Assembly (NCBI GenBank): GCA_950097015.1
Contig: CATNEN010000029.1
Span: 1,736,001-1,800,000 of the forward strand
Source: Macrostomum hystrix
Lineage: Eukaryota; Animalia; Platyhelminthes
Direction: 5' to 3'
DNA: 64,000 nt
Shown here: piece by piece, positions 9,298-22,900 of the stretch
How positions within the stretch are numbered: position 1 is the first letter of the stretch
Layout of the letters: each line of letters begins with the position of its first letter
Made by a program: the position numbers and the translations under genes
The notes under the pieces: model-generated
What the model was told of the DNA's origin: nothing
Databases searched by the model: none
The model's input: only the letters and a program-made list of their open reading frames with translations

Positions 9298-9493
9298 TAT
9301 ATGAAAATGTTTGTAAGACTAAAAAAATACAAACAAATACTATATAATCCAATTAATAACTTTTAATAACTTCTTATGCGATAATTATACTCAGTTATAA
9401 AAACTAAGTCTATAGTTGCTTTATTTGTGTTTGTGATAAGATACTAATATATTGCTATTATGTCAAGTTGCCATTTTGATATGGACACTGGCT

Positions 9494-10157
9494 CCCATAG
9501 TCCAGATCATGTAGTGCATGCCAGAATTTTCTGGCGTGCGTTTTTTTAATTTGGAGTGCAGTGGCATGCAAACAGAAAAATTGGCATGTAATAGTAGGGG
9601 CTCTGCATGGCATGGTGTGCGGGTGTGTTACTGGTGTGAAAGAACATTATAGATTACATGACATTTTGTGTTCATGTTTGCATTACCTGTATCCTTTTAA
9701 TTTGAAATTTTGCTTTTTTTACTATTGCTTTTAATGTTCTTACAAATTGTAAAAAATTGTTGTAACAATTTTTTTCTTTTGCACTTTATCTTTTTAATAT
9801 TTGCTTTGCTGTAATGCTTTTTTTCATTTTTAAATTTGAACAAATTGCTTAGGAATTGGTCTATAGGCATAGCTTTAGGTAGGAGTGTTTGGATATATAT
9901 GGATATCCGTATTAATATGGTTAGGTATTGATGTACATATATAGACATGTATAGGTATCAATGTTATTTGGGAAGGGTATTAGCAAAATTAAAAATGAAA
10001 CCCAAATCCAAATTAGAATCAATCTCTAATTAATGGGGTTTACATCAATTAATCATGTGTATTTTTGGCGTGCAGTAGAAGTTTTGTGGATTGCTTCTGC
10101 TTGCTATTAGTATGCAAAAAATTTCTGGAGTGCACCCAGCATGATCCAGACTATAGG
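9494..10157. mobile_element. Putative MITE with ~40-bp imperfect TIRs and a 6-bp flanking direct repeat
   Basis: Left CCCATAGTCCAGATCATG..TGCATGCCAGAATTTT versus right-end reverse complement CCTATAGTCTGGATCATG..TGCACTCCAGAAATTT; CTGGCT at 9488-9493 and 10158-10163. Confidence 0.65.
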
Positions 10158-12148
10158 CTGGCTTTTACAAAAAAGCCTTACAGTAAAATCTGACCTTTGC
10201 CTAAGATCAAAAAAGGCAAGGACATGTATACAAATTACAAGCTTACTGTTTAGGCAATGCTTAGAATCCAAAATTGTAAGATGTGTACAATGCCAACATC
10301 AAGGAGATAATCAAATTATATAGGCCTAGCTATATTTGATTTTTTCTCCATCAAAGATGCAATAAAAATCTAACAAGTAATCAAAGTTGTCAAAGGCTAA
10401 TATCATTATTATTATTACACATAATAATAGGTAATAGGCCCTAGGTAATATAATTAATAACAATTATGTTATTATTACTATTATCTAGCTAACATATTAA
10501 GCAACTCTGGCTACTATACCCCTATGACTATGACTGTTACGAGGTACGCAGGCCCTATAACACTATTGGCAATAGCATAGAGCAATGTTTGTGTTTTGCC
10601 TTAGTTCATAAGCCTACCAGGCTAAATCAATATCTTAGACTATATTTTCTTATTCCTGGATATTAATATCAATAGGCCTAGGCAATAGTCAAGACTCAAG
10701 ATCACGCTTTGAGCATACTAGAAGCAAACCTATCTAAGAAAAATACAAAAAAAAGTTTAAGCTTTTAAGGAACTTCAAAAATGTCTAATAGGCACTGGTC
10801 TTGTACGTCAGTTTAGAAGAATTTCATTTGTGCTCTAGTAGTTGGGCCTAAACTTAAACTGATGATTTGGTGCACAACACATTGATACACTAGTTGTCCT
10901 GATGTGTTCTGGAAATTTCCCATGTACACAACATGATTCTGAGTGTTGGGCCTAGGCTACTACTAGAAGGACAATGTTAATGATTTTTTTGATTGTCGAA
11001 CTTGGAATTTTAGACAGGCATATAATAGTTTTTCTTTTTAGTATACATGAAATTTAGTTATCACATAAAACCTTTATCACATAATTGGTGTTAAAACTAC
11101 AATGTCAAAAAAAGCTCTTAAAGCTGTCATTAATGGTAGCTTGTAAAATGTAGTCATAAATGTCATGTGTTCTATTACATTAATTAAGGCTTAAGCCTTT
11201 GTTTAAGCATTGTTTAACTCATTCTTCGAGATTAAGTAACCACAAAAGTAATAGTGTACACTTATTAGGATATACGAAAATACAATCCATCAATCACTTT
11301 ACTATAGCCAAAATATATTTGTAATTTTTTAAGTGTTTATTCGCTTGAAAAGAATCGGTAAAGTCACTCAAAAAGTCTGCGTGCAGAATTAATCTGTGCG
11401 AGAAAGTCGTGACTTAGGCCACATTAGACAAGTTAGTAACTAATTCCGTGAAAAAATTAAAATAAAACAACGCTTTAAATTAGCAAGTGCTTTATTGGCA
11501 TTTAGAAATTTTTGCGCTAAAAGCAGCGTAATATATATTTTAAATCTAAATTTCTAGTAAAAAAGCTTAATGCATAAAAAATTTTTATTACAATTGGCCA
11601 CGCAATTTCGCAGCAAGGACCACTACTAGAAGATATTCTAGAACTTGCACTTTTATTCTAGAAGAACTTCTTCTAGTGATCCTTAGTTCGCAGTTAGTAA
11701 TAAATTTACGAAGTACCACGCACTATAAGAAGAATACTTCTTCGCTTTAGTTATTCTCTCGATCAAGTCTTCTGATCTTCGTACTAACGATACGATGACT
11801 AATCTATTTTTCGCGAAAATGCTGACATGTTCTCAAAGAAGGTAACGGCAGAATTTTTGCAACAGTTCTAAAAAATTGATTATATTTTTCACGATATTTT
11901 TGTGACAAAAAAACATGGCTTAAAACATGTGCAAAAGTATACTTTGAGTATGACTATTTCTAATGGTATTCAAATAACCAAATAAGACTTTATCATTACT
12001 TGAAATTATTTTTTTTCTTATTATTCACGTCAGAATTTGCAAACAGCAACATGTGTACTTATGTATATTTGCTTCGCATGATTATCTGGCGTACCTGCGT
12101 ATTTTAAGCAAACGAGACCAGTTTAAAATTATTTAGCCAGCACTGGTG

Positions 12149-12644
12149 CTACTGACAGTGCGCAATGTTCTGACTGAGAAGTAGACGGTATGGCAGACGA
12201 TGCATTTTTGGAATGTGTACAGGATTGGACTGTCCCGCAGAAGACGATCCCGCAGAAGACGCACACACGACAAAAGGCAGCTCAATGTTTGCACCCGCGT
12301 CTATTGAAACAGACGAAGAGTCGTCGCTGTCACTTGACGAAAGGATTGCATTTGCTGCCTCTGTAGTTGTCGGTTTACGCTTGCATGCCTACTGGCTGCT
12401 GAACACATTTGCCACAGTATTGACAGTAGGACAAATCTGGATTGGATCCATCCCGACGTAACCGGATGATCTTCCATTACAGTCTTCACCTTGATTTCAT
12501 ACGAAGCCGTCCATTGCGGGTCGTCGAACCTCTGGTATAGTGCTCCAATCAAAACTCGAAACGAAGTCTGAATGATTTGCAATAAAGTGCCTTACAACAT
12601 TCTTCTTTCGAAATCGACGCTTTGCAGACTGGGCACGTATCCAT
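12149..12644 (-). pseudogene. Decayed ORF with an N-terminal C2H2/BED-like zinc finger (pseudogene or transposon relic)
   Basis: gaaATG, then MDTCPVCKASISK / frameshift / KNVVRHFIANH, then a protein-like frame with two in-frame stops. Confidence 0.35.
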
Positions 12645-13971
12645 TTCGATGGTTATTATTTAATTTCGCTGTTGCAGACTGCTTACAGACTGCCTATAAC
12701 AGAAGAAATTTTACACCGATTTGTAAGCGAGCACGCTCGGCTTCTGACTCAAAGTACTATCGTGACCCGTACGACCGTTTAATCACTTAAACTATCATTC
12801 AAGGTTTGTCTATGGTGAAATAGCATAACATCAAACTCACAATAAATTTAAAGTTGCTATATTGTCTACTAATAGTAGAGTAGGTAGTTTCGAACAGAAT
12901 ATGAGCATAAACACGAAAAAAAATTTGATTTCAGCTGATTTATGTCCACTATTTCTATCTGTATGTTGAGAAAGCACTGCTGTACTTATGCAACATTACT
13001 TGAGACAACTACCTTAGATCAAACATCATCAAACAACCTTAAAAGAGTATATTCACAAAAGTACTTGAAGACTGCATGGTATATTGATAAATGATTAATA
13101 TTAGTATTTGTTAGGCAAGTGTTACACGCGCCGGATCCGCACGATGGCGTTACAAAACAATTGGCAACAAATGAAGTAAAAGATCGCGTGGCCCACTACA
13201 CAAAATATTGGATATTTTATCGTATTAATTTACTTATTGCTGCCTTCATAGAAGCCTCCTCCAGGTATGCCAGATCCGTTGGCAGCTTCGGTGCGTCCAG
13301 GAGGTCGTCTGACGCGACTGGCGGACGTTGGTGTGTTAGCCGCCAAATTAAAATCAGGATAAGAAGCCGAAGCCAGCTGCGTTGGGCCAATACGAAACTG
13401 CTGCAGACCCATAGCCGCAATGTAGACGTCGGTTAATGACAAGCTTGCATGAGTCGTTTCCGCTGTCAAAATTCGCATTTTGTGTTTTAAATGATAGGGA
13501 TTTTATTTATAAGATATTTTCGATAGTAACCCTGCTAATATTAACTAGCCAACTATTACGGAATCTAACAGAGATATTTTTACTTTTTACTGCGTTTTAA
13601 ACGTTACGCCGATAGCGCGCAAATTTAACAAGTAATATTTTAAACTTCTTAAATAAAATCGGAAGTTATAATAATATATCATTATGTCAGCAACGCTCAG
13701 GAAGTTGCAGACACCATAGTTATAAATTTAAGGGTTCATTAAGACGGGATTAACATATAGGAGAAAGTAACTTCTCTGGATAGCTGGTTGCAACACTTTC
13801 TTTTCGGTTTTCTAAGAGCTCTGGTCCAAGATTTCTTTAAGTGTGAGCTAATTGTCTTTGATAAATAAATAAATATCTCTTTTATATTTTTACAGGCTTC
13901 GATAAGACATAAGACCTAATTCTTATGGTTCGTGCATAAATAGCTGAATCCGGCAGATTGCTGCCTTTGTC

Positions 13972-16900
13972 ATGGGGTGTTTCAGTGGAAAAAAGAATAT
14001 CACTGAAAAGCCTGACCAATCAAAAAATATTGAGAAAAAACTCGAAAAAGAAAGAAAAGATTACAAATCAACGCATAGGCTTCTTTTGTTAGGTATGGCA
14101 TACCTTGAATATTTAATATTCTACATGTTCATATTTAGTTAAATAAAGCACTTAGTGAATTCTTTCGTTCCTAGTTCATAAAAAATAATTACTTGTAACA
14201 AACAATATGTGATTAAGTTGCTCAATAATTCTAATAAAATTATGGCTATAATTTATTCTTACATAGATAACCAAGCATTTCTGTTAGTTTTGCTTTCATA
14301 CTAGTTAATTTGTTTGTATTCAGGATTGTGCTTTGGACACTTTAGTTAGGAAAATTAGGTTAGTAACAAGCCACAATTATATATTTTGCTTTTGCAAACT
14401 GTCTATTCAAAATCCAATAAAGTAAACAGGATACTATATATTTTTAGGTTTATTGCTTGGTTAATTTGCATATAGATATTTATTAATCAATAAATTTAAA
14501 TAAACTCTGACTTTTAGAACATTTATCTATATATATAAAAGTGAAAACTCTGTCTGTGTGTGTGCAACCTTTTGTCTTTATAGATGCCGAAACCGCTCAA
14601 CCAAATCGCACCAAACTTTGCACATACCTAAAACCACCTACGCTGAGTGCAATAGGCTACTCAAATTCCCGAAAAATCATTTCCTTCCTGCTCAAAAGTG
14701 CAAAAAACTGCTCAAAAATCGTCAAAAAATCACTCAATATAGTGTATACTTCTAATACTTAGTATGCCTATCTAGGTACTATTTATAAGTAAATTTACTT
14801 TACTTAAATTACTTTACATAGCTATTTAAATATGTAGCTATTAAAATACATATTTTCTCTTTACCTAGAAATGTCCTCAAGCAGCAGTTTTGTTGTATGT
14901 TTGTGTATACTAGCTTAATAATATAACATATAATATATAAGGATATATATACCATAGAAGCTAGTATTCAAGCTACTTTTCATAAATACAAAGTAAAAGC
15001 TATCTATTTTTTTAGTTTAAATTAGTTTTTTTAAACTAACAAAGAGAAAAAGTTAATATTTTTCTTGCAATCAAGAACACATTGGCAACAAAACCACATC
15101 TTTTTATTTCTATAGCCTTATATTGATTCTTAGTATATTGTATATGCTGACTAAATCATAAAATTTTGAGCTATAAACTGGCTAGAAGCTAGCTAAGATT
15201 AAAAAACTGTTAATTTCCCTTAAGAATTCATTTTAACATCATTAGTCAAACCCTTCTAAAGTCAGTTTTAATACCAAACCAGACAATAATGTTTAATATA
15301 AAATGTAAAAACTAATTTTCAAAAAGTGCTACATATTTGAGAATGACAAAAATATTCAATATTTGGTTTTTTAGAAAACATATACAACTTTGTATGCTTG
15401 AATTTTAGGTTACCCAATTGCTTGCTAGTTTTTTACTTAGTATGATTGGGTAACCATACTACAATTTGGATTATTTTTAATCAAATGTTAAAAAAAATCC
15501 ATTCAGTACTTTTCATACCCACCTAACCACAGTAAAATTGTTGTTCTTTACTTGAGTTTTGTGTCTTATTTTGTAAAGCAAATTTGTAGCTAAACGTAAA
15601 TAATTTTCTTGCTGTTTTACTAATTATAAAATCTGTCAAAATTCTAAGCTGAAAAGTACTATTTAGCTAAGTTGTTAAAACATGACCAGAACTCATGCTT
15701 GTTTGAGCTGGAGCTACTTTAAGCATAAAAATATTCATGTCAATGTACTGTTTTTTAGCATGTCTTGAAAAGCTTCAAATGGATGATAACTCTTTTTATT
15801 GATAAGATTTTACCTAATATAGAATTTATATCTAAAGAGACTAAATATCTACACTACACCAAGTTATTTCTAGAATTAAGAATAATTGCTTTATCTATGT
15901 TGATGTAAACGACTTTCACATTTTAAATCATCTATTTTGAATTTTGTTTGATCCATATTACTTTTATTTTGACATATTAGGTGCTGGAGAGTCAGGCAAG
16001 AGTACCATTGTTAAACAGATGCGCATTCTGCACATCAATGGCTTCAGTCCTGAGTAAGTAAAAGTAGCCAGTACACATAGCTATTAATTAGAGAAAAAGA
16101 TATGGAAATAATGAGATTTGTAAGAACTTAAGACTGCTTCTCATAGCTATTGTGGATTCAAGTTAATTTAACCAGATATTCAGAATTGACACAAATGAGA
16201 TAATTGCATTCTAAATAAACAGAGAAAAACGCCAGAAGATTATGGACATTAAGAAGAACATCCGGGATGCGATCCTATCTATTACCGGCGCCATGGGCAA
16301 TATTAGTCCGCCGGTCGTGCTGGAGCACCACGACTACGAGGAGTACATCAATTATTTGCAAAACGAAGCGCCCAGACCAGATTTCGATTATCCGCCGGAG
16401 TTCTTTCAATACACTATCAAACTCTGGAACGACGCCGGTGTTCGAGCCTCGTTTGAACGGTCCAACGAGTATCAGCTGATTGATTGTGCTAAATAGTGAG
16501 CAGCTCACGATTTTTCTATTTAATTGGAGGTGTTAGAGGGCCACATGGCCACATTTAGCTGATTCACACCAACATTGCATCAGCATAACTAATGACCGAA
16601 CAATATGACCCAGGTATAACTAATGACCGAACAATATGACCCAGGCATAACTAATGACCGAACAATATGACCCAGGCATAACTAATGACCGAACAATATG
16701 ACCCAGGCATAACTAATGACCGAAAAATATGACCCAGGTATAACTAATGACGAACAATATGAACCAGGCATAACTTATGACCGAACAATATGACCCAGGT
16801 ATAACTAATGACGAACAATATGACCCAAGCATAACTAATGACCGAACAATATGACCCAGGTATTCGTAATAACATAACAATATGACCCAGGTGTTAGTAA

Positions 16901-19900
16901 TGACCGAAATATATGACCCGGGTATAACTAATGACGAACAATATGACCCAGGTGTTAGTAATGACGAACAATATGACCCAGGTATAACTAATGACCGAAC
17001 AATATGACCCAGGTATAACTAATGACCGAACAATATGACCCAGGTATAACTAATGACCGAACAATATGACCCAGGCATAACTAATGACCGAACAATATGA
17101 CCCAGGTATAACTTATGACCGAACAATATGACCCAGGTATAACTAATGACGAACAATATGAACCAGGCATAACTAATGACCGAACAATATGGCTTAGAAA
17201 TCTTGATGACACAAGTTGATGATTGAGCACTTTAAGTTATTATTGTAGGGAAATGATATGTGCATTCATTACCTTATACTCTTATTTAAGTTTTACTAGT
17301 AAATTTGCGCTTCACGCGTTCCTTAGAGATTTTCTCAAAATATCCTATTTTTCTGCTCGAATCAGCCATTTTTACCTTTTTACTTATCAAAGCCAGCTTA
17401 TCAGCTTGCTCGCTTGTCCAAATTCTCCTATCCCTACCTTGCCCACCTGCCTACTCCTGTTATTATAGTTTTATTATTGATTAAAAACGAAGGCTGGTCA
17501 TTTCTGCTAAATCGAGATCTCAAAACGGCTGTCCTAATTATTACCTGGGAACACCTAATCAACCTAATCAGTTTATTTAGGCTGACAAAAAGCGGACACT
17601 TTTGGACAGTCTAGCTGACAGTCGCAGGCGAGCTGCCGCGTACTCATATTTTTGTTCCTCTTTTGTACAAAATATTCTTCATCCCAGTTCGATTTCACAA
17701 GCAGCTCCTGTGTCAGATGGCGCGAGCGCCAGAGGCACTGTGGGGGAGGGCCGGCTAGGTGGCTGGGTGACAGGATTTAGTCTTCGCGAATTCTCCCTTT
17801 CTTTCTCTCTCTCTCATTCTCTAGTTTTTCTCCCCAGTCTCGGGTGTCGAAGACTTCGCCCCAGGGCAATTCTTTCACGAGTGGGAGTGAGGGGGAGGGA
17901 TGCACCGTCTGAAGCATCTAGAAGGGCAAGAGCCTCGCTATTCTCCCCAACCGACTTTCTTCCACACCAGCCCGCCTCCTCCCATCGTATCTGACGGCAG
18001 TCTCGCCCTCTCGCCGGCTTTGACGCGATGCGCGCAGTTTAGAAATCTGGCCGTTGTACGGTGTGTTACAGCCTGTCTGGCGTTACCATCCTCACCCGCT
18101 GCCCCTGATGCCTCCCCGCCAGTCATTTCTCCCCGCGCTCTCCGTGTGCCTCATCTAACAGGCTTAAGCCGGCCCCCCTCCCGTTCCCTGTCCCCTCTGC
18201 CCACCCCACCTTGTGCTGGATCTTCTCTAGTCCGCTTCCTCCTTCTACTCCTTACCTAATGTCCCGCCGGGCCTTGCTTTTTCTGTCCGCGGACTTCTAG
18301 GAATGGGGTTATAAAGAATTGGACCGCTATTAAGCCTTTCCACTCTGGCCCTGTTGGGATTTTGCTCTAGCGGCCCCGATTGGGTGCGTGGTCCCAGTCT
18401 TCCCTATCACACACTTTCTCCCTCACAATACGCACGCGCACACCTTTTGTCGATTCTACGGCGATCCGCCTTATGTGTGTTTGTGTGCGCTGACACCTAG
18501 GATCTCCATTTTTGGCTCATTTTCTGCCATTAAGCCTAACAAGACGCCATTTTTTCGCCTCGTCCTTATTTGTTTTCTTAGCATTGGTATCTGTAGTTTT
18601 GACTAGAGAGAGTCAAAGAAAACAGCACGAATTAATGCTCTTTTGTGAGGGTGTATGGCAGAGCGGTCTAACGTGTTGGCCTCCCCACAAAGGTTCCTGA
18701 GTTCGATTCCGCGGCGAGGCCACATTCGTTTGCGGTGCAGCTGCGCAGAGAAGGCTTGAGGGCTTGTCGTGCAATTTAAGCCGTTGAGGGCCAACCTCCA
18801 AGGCACAGTCAGAGTGTACACTGCCTGACGATGAGAAAGTCAGGGCGGATGTACACACCTGTGTGAGCGTGTGCCTGCGTACAGTATCTGTGTGCGTGTG
18901 TGCTCAAGAGTCAGCGGAATTGGCAGAATTGCCTCGTCACATGTGCAGCCAGCTATTCTATGTGTGTGCCTGAGATTCGAACTCCCGACCTTTCGGTCAG
19001 AATTCAGTTAGAAAGTTCTAATCACTGGGCAGTGATTAGGACTAGGAGCGGATTAGGACTGCCTATTTTTTTCCTAGTGCTAAAGCCGGCCGACTATCAG
19101 TCCGAGGAGGTGTGCAAGCACGATATGGGATTGGGAGGACTCTTAAATGGCTAACTAATCCCATTTGTACTTTTTTGCGCGGTTGTGAATAAGCACGCGC
19201 ACACTATTCTCTCTCTCCAGTCTAAATACTTTGTCCAGCCTTTATTCTTTCAGTTCACGCCTCCTAGCCATGTGTATAGCCTTATATACTATCTACCAAA
19301 CTCATATTAGTTGTATGTCTATTATCATTCTTATATATTGGGTCACGACTTGAAAGTCGGCGGTTCGATTCCCGATTCAACGGGAACAATTTGCGTCCTT
19401 TAGCAATACACTTCACTCGGCATTGCTTCAGTTCACCCAGCTGTTAAATGTGTACCAGCGTTTGCTGGAGATATTCAGGGTGGGTTTGGCGCCCCCCCAG
19501 TCCATGGACATTTGGACTAACAGGACTAATTTGTAATTATCTAACTTATTGCTATAAGAGATCTAACAGAAAACTCATCTAAAAGTCCTCAATAAATCGG
19601 TTGACTTTAGTGCGATTCAAATTATTCTATTAACTTTCACTACGCTGTTAAATCATAGTTTTTCTTTTTACTTAGCTTCAAAATATACTAGTTTTTGTTT
19701 TACTTTTAATTTCTATTGGTTTTCATTTAGTTTAGAATTGGTTTCCAGTTGCAAACTTTCACGCCATTCAGTTTGGCCTTCTTTTCTTTGCATTCTCTTG
19801 CTATTAATTCTCGGGAGAAAATTTAATCAAGCTTTCACAGGCTTTGCTTAACTACTAAGTCACTATGTTAGCCGCGCTGCTAGCCCTCCAAATCATTTGC

Positions 19901-22900
19901 ATGCCGGCCCAGCAATGAGACGCAGGCTCTCATTTTTCTTCTTCAAATCTTCATTCTCATTCGTATTCTTTGTCCTCTTTGTCCCCTTGGTAATTTGAGA
20001 ATCTGTCGGTGTTGTTCGAGCGAAAAAAAATTGCTGCCATACCCTTCAACCTGTACGCCCGAAGAAAGTGCATACCATAATATTGACTTTGGCTTGCTCG
20101 GATAGGAATTTTATTGTTCCAATTGGGATTTGGTTGTTCCTATTAGGATTTGATTGTTCGGATTGGGATTTGACTGTTCGGATTGGGATTTGACTGTTCG
20201 GATTGGGATTTGACTGTTCGGATTGGGATTTGATTGTTCCAATCGGGATTTGATTGTTTCAATTAGGATTTGACTGTTTGGATTGGGATTTGATTGTTTC
20301 AATTAGGATTTGACTGTTTGGATTGGGATTTGATTGTTTCAATTAGGATTTGACTGTTTGGATTGGGATTTGATTGTTTCAATTAGGATTTGACTGTTCG
20401 GATTGGGATTTGATTGTTCCAATCGGGATTTGATTGTTTCAATTAGGATTTGACTGTTTGGATTGGGATTTGATTGTTTCAATTAGGATTTGACTGTTCG
20501 GATTGGGATTTGATTGTTCCAATCGGGATTTGATTGTTTCAATTAGGATTTGACTGTTTGGATTGGGATTTGATTGTTTCAATTAGGATTTGACTGTTCG
20601 GATTGGGATTTGATTGTTCCAATCGGGATTTGATTGTTTCAATTAGGATTTGACTGTTTGGATTGGGATTTGATTGTTTCAATTGGGATTTGATTGTTTC
20701 AATTAGGATTTGATTGTTTCAATTAGGATTTGACTGTTTGGATTGGGATTTGACTGTTTGGATTGGGATTTGATTGTTTCAATTAGGATTTGACTGTTTG
20801 GATTGGGATTTGACTGTTCGGATTGGTATTCGACCTGGAATAGGTTAATGCAATGCTTTGTTCTGTTCACATTTTAGCTTTCTAGACAAGGCGGAGGAAG
20901 TAAGCCGCGCCGACTACGAGCCCTCTGAGCAGGACATTCTGCGCTGTCGTGTCCTCACTTCTGGCATCTTTGAAACGAAATTCTGCGTCGATAAAGTGCA
21001 ATTTCACATGTTCGACGTTGGCGGCCAGCGCGAGGAGCGACGCAAATGGATCCAGTGCTTCAACGATGTGACGGCTATCATCTTTGTGACTGCTTCCTCC
21101 TCCTACAACATGGTGCTGCGCGAGGACCCGTCCCAGAATAGGCTGAAGGAGAGCCTGGAACTTTTCCAGTCGATTTGGACCAACAGGTGAGCGACAGTTA
21201 GATGGACTTGGTACAGGACGCTTCTACTGCGGGTATTAAAGATAAGGATAATGACATGTTAAATATAAGGATAATGACATATTAAATATAAGGATAAGGA
21301 CAGATTAAATATAAGGATAATGACAGATTAAATATAAGGATAAGGACAGATTAAATATAAGGATAAGGACAGATTAAATATAAGGATGATGACATATTAA
21401 ATATAAGGATAAGGACAGATTAAATATAAGGATAATGACAGATTAAATATAAGGATAAGGACAGATTAAATATAAGGATAATGACAAATTAAATATAAGG
21501 ATAATGACAAATTAAAGATAAGGATAATGACAAATTAAATATAATGATAATGACATATTAAAGATAAGGATAATGACATATTAAAGATAAGGATAAGGAC
21601 AGATTAAATATAAGGATAATGACATATTAAAGATAAGGATAATGACAGATTAAAGATAAGGATAATGACAGATTAAATATAAGGATAAGGACAGATTAAA
21701 TATAAGGATAATGACAGATTAAAGATAAGGATAATGACAGATTAAATATAAATGATAAAATCACAGAATTGAAATAGTGATAGTAGCAGACTAGCTATGG
21801 TGACAATGGCGGACTAAAATTGTTGTTAACGTGAGATAATGTGAAGTACATATTAAGAATATTAAGGTAATGTGCAGCAGTGTTTGCTTTTATTTCTGGA
21901 TTTGAACTGTTGAACTGTCAGCGATTGGAACTGTTTTTTGTCATATTGGACTTAAAATACATAAGTGATAAAAATAGAGAGAATACTATTGAACGGCCTC
22001 AGAATATAGAAGGGCAGAATAGACAATCTGATAATAGAAGGCGACTGCTACTGCTGCAACTGAATTATTGTCCATCATTGTGTATCTTTCTTTATATACC
22101 TATATTACATTGTTGTGGCATATACTCGTAGTTCCTTTAATAATGTGTGGCAGAGCAGGAGACCAGGCTGAGTAGCATGGGGAGCTCTTCATTGTGTCTT
22201 TTCCACGGCTGATGAAAGGTGGAGGATCGGACAGCCCCTTCAGCCTTCCCTCCCTCCACATCCTTCTCACACCTCTCTGCTTTTTTTCGCCTGCCAAATT
22301 CCCGCTATATAGCGCAGATTGACATTTATAATAGTAAAATATTGTAGAAGAATTGTAAAAAACGATAACATACGAGTACATACTGAAGGTGAGCAACGAT
22401 AAATTATGTCGAAAATTAATTTTGTAAGCTTTACGAGTACATGCCGACTATTGACATTGCAATAGCGCAAGATTCGTAAAATAAATTTCATTATTTAGAT
22501 TATAAAAAAGCGCATGTTGCTAAGGAAGCAAAGGTTTGCTACTCTCGAATATTTTTGTATCTGTCCCGGTTGCATCTAAAAAGAGAACCGATTTCGTATT
22601 CTACCTCTGGCACTTTGGACAGATCCTGCGTTCGTGTTCTGCTCTTGGTCTGGCTGTTCTGTGTGTCTCGCAGACTAACTTGTGGTTACTTAGTGAAATG
22701 CAGCAATCGCCTGTCCATGCTTTGGCAGAGATACCCTTTCCAAATTGTTATTTTCCGGAGAATGCTAAGATTTAAAAGTTGAATAGAAATGGCTTTTTTA
22801 ATCCACTGTCTCCAATATGTTTTAGTCGCCCTTGTCAAATTACTTGTCTGACCGCGAGCCTATGTTAGCTAATACTGGTACCAATTCTATATTGTGTCTC

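Noticed and set aside
10858-10905. C/D snoRNA-like TGATGA...CTGA
   Set aside because: Too short, no terminal stem and no host on that strand.
13119-13478. Short ORFs on both strands in a GC-balanced island upstream of GNAS
   Set aside because: No recognisable domain or consistent splice model; may be UTR or promoter sequence.
18647-18725. Possible tRNA gene
   Set aside because: A and B boxes are present but there is no good acceptor or anticodon stem, and the sequence runs into a body repeated four times, so it is a SINE head.
18820-18860. Hammerhead-like CTGACGA...GAAA in the SINE body (also CTGATGA at ~22210)
   Set aside because: There is no room for stem II between the motifs and no stem I/III with a cleavage triplet.
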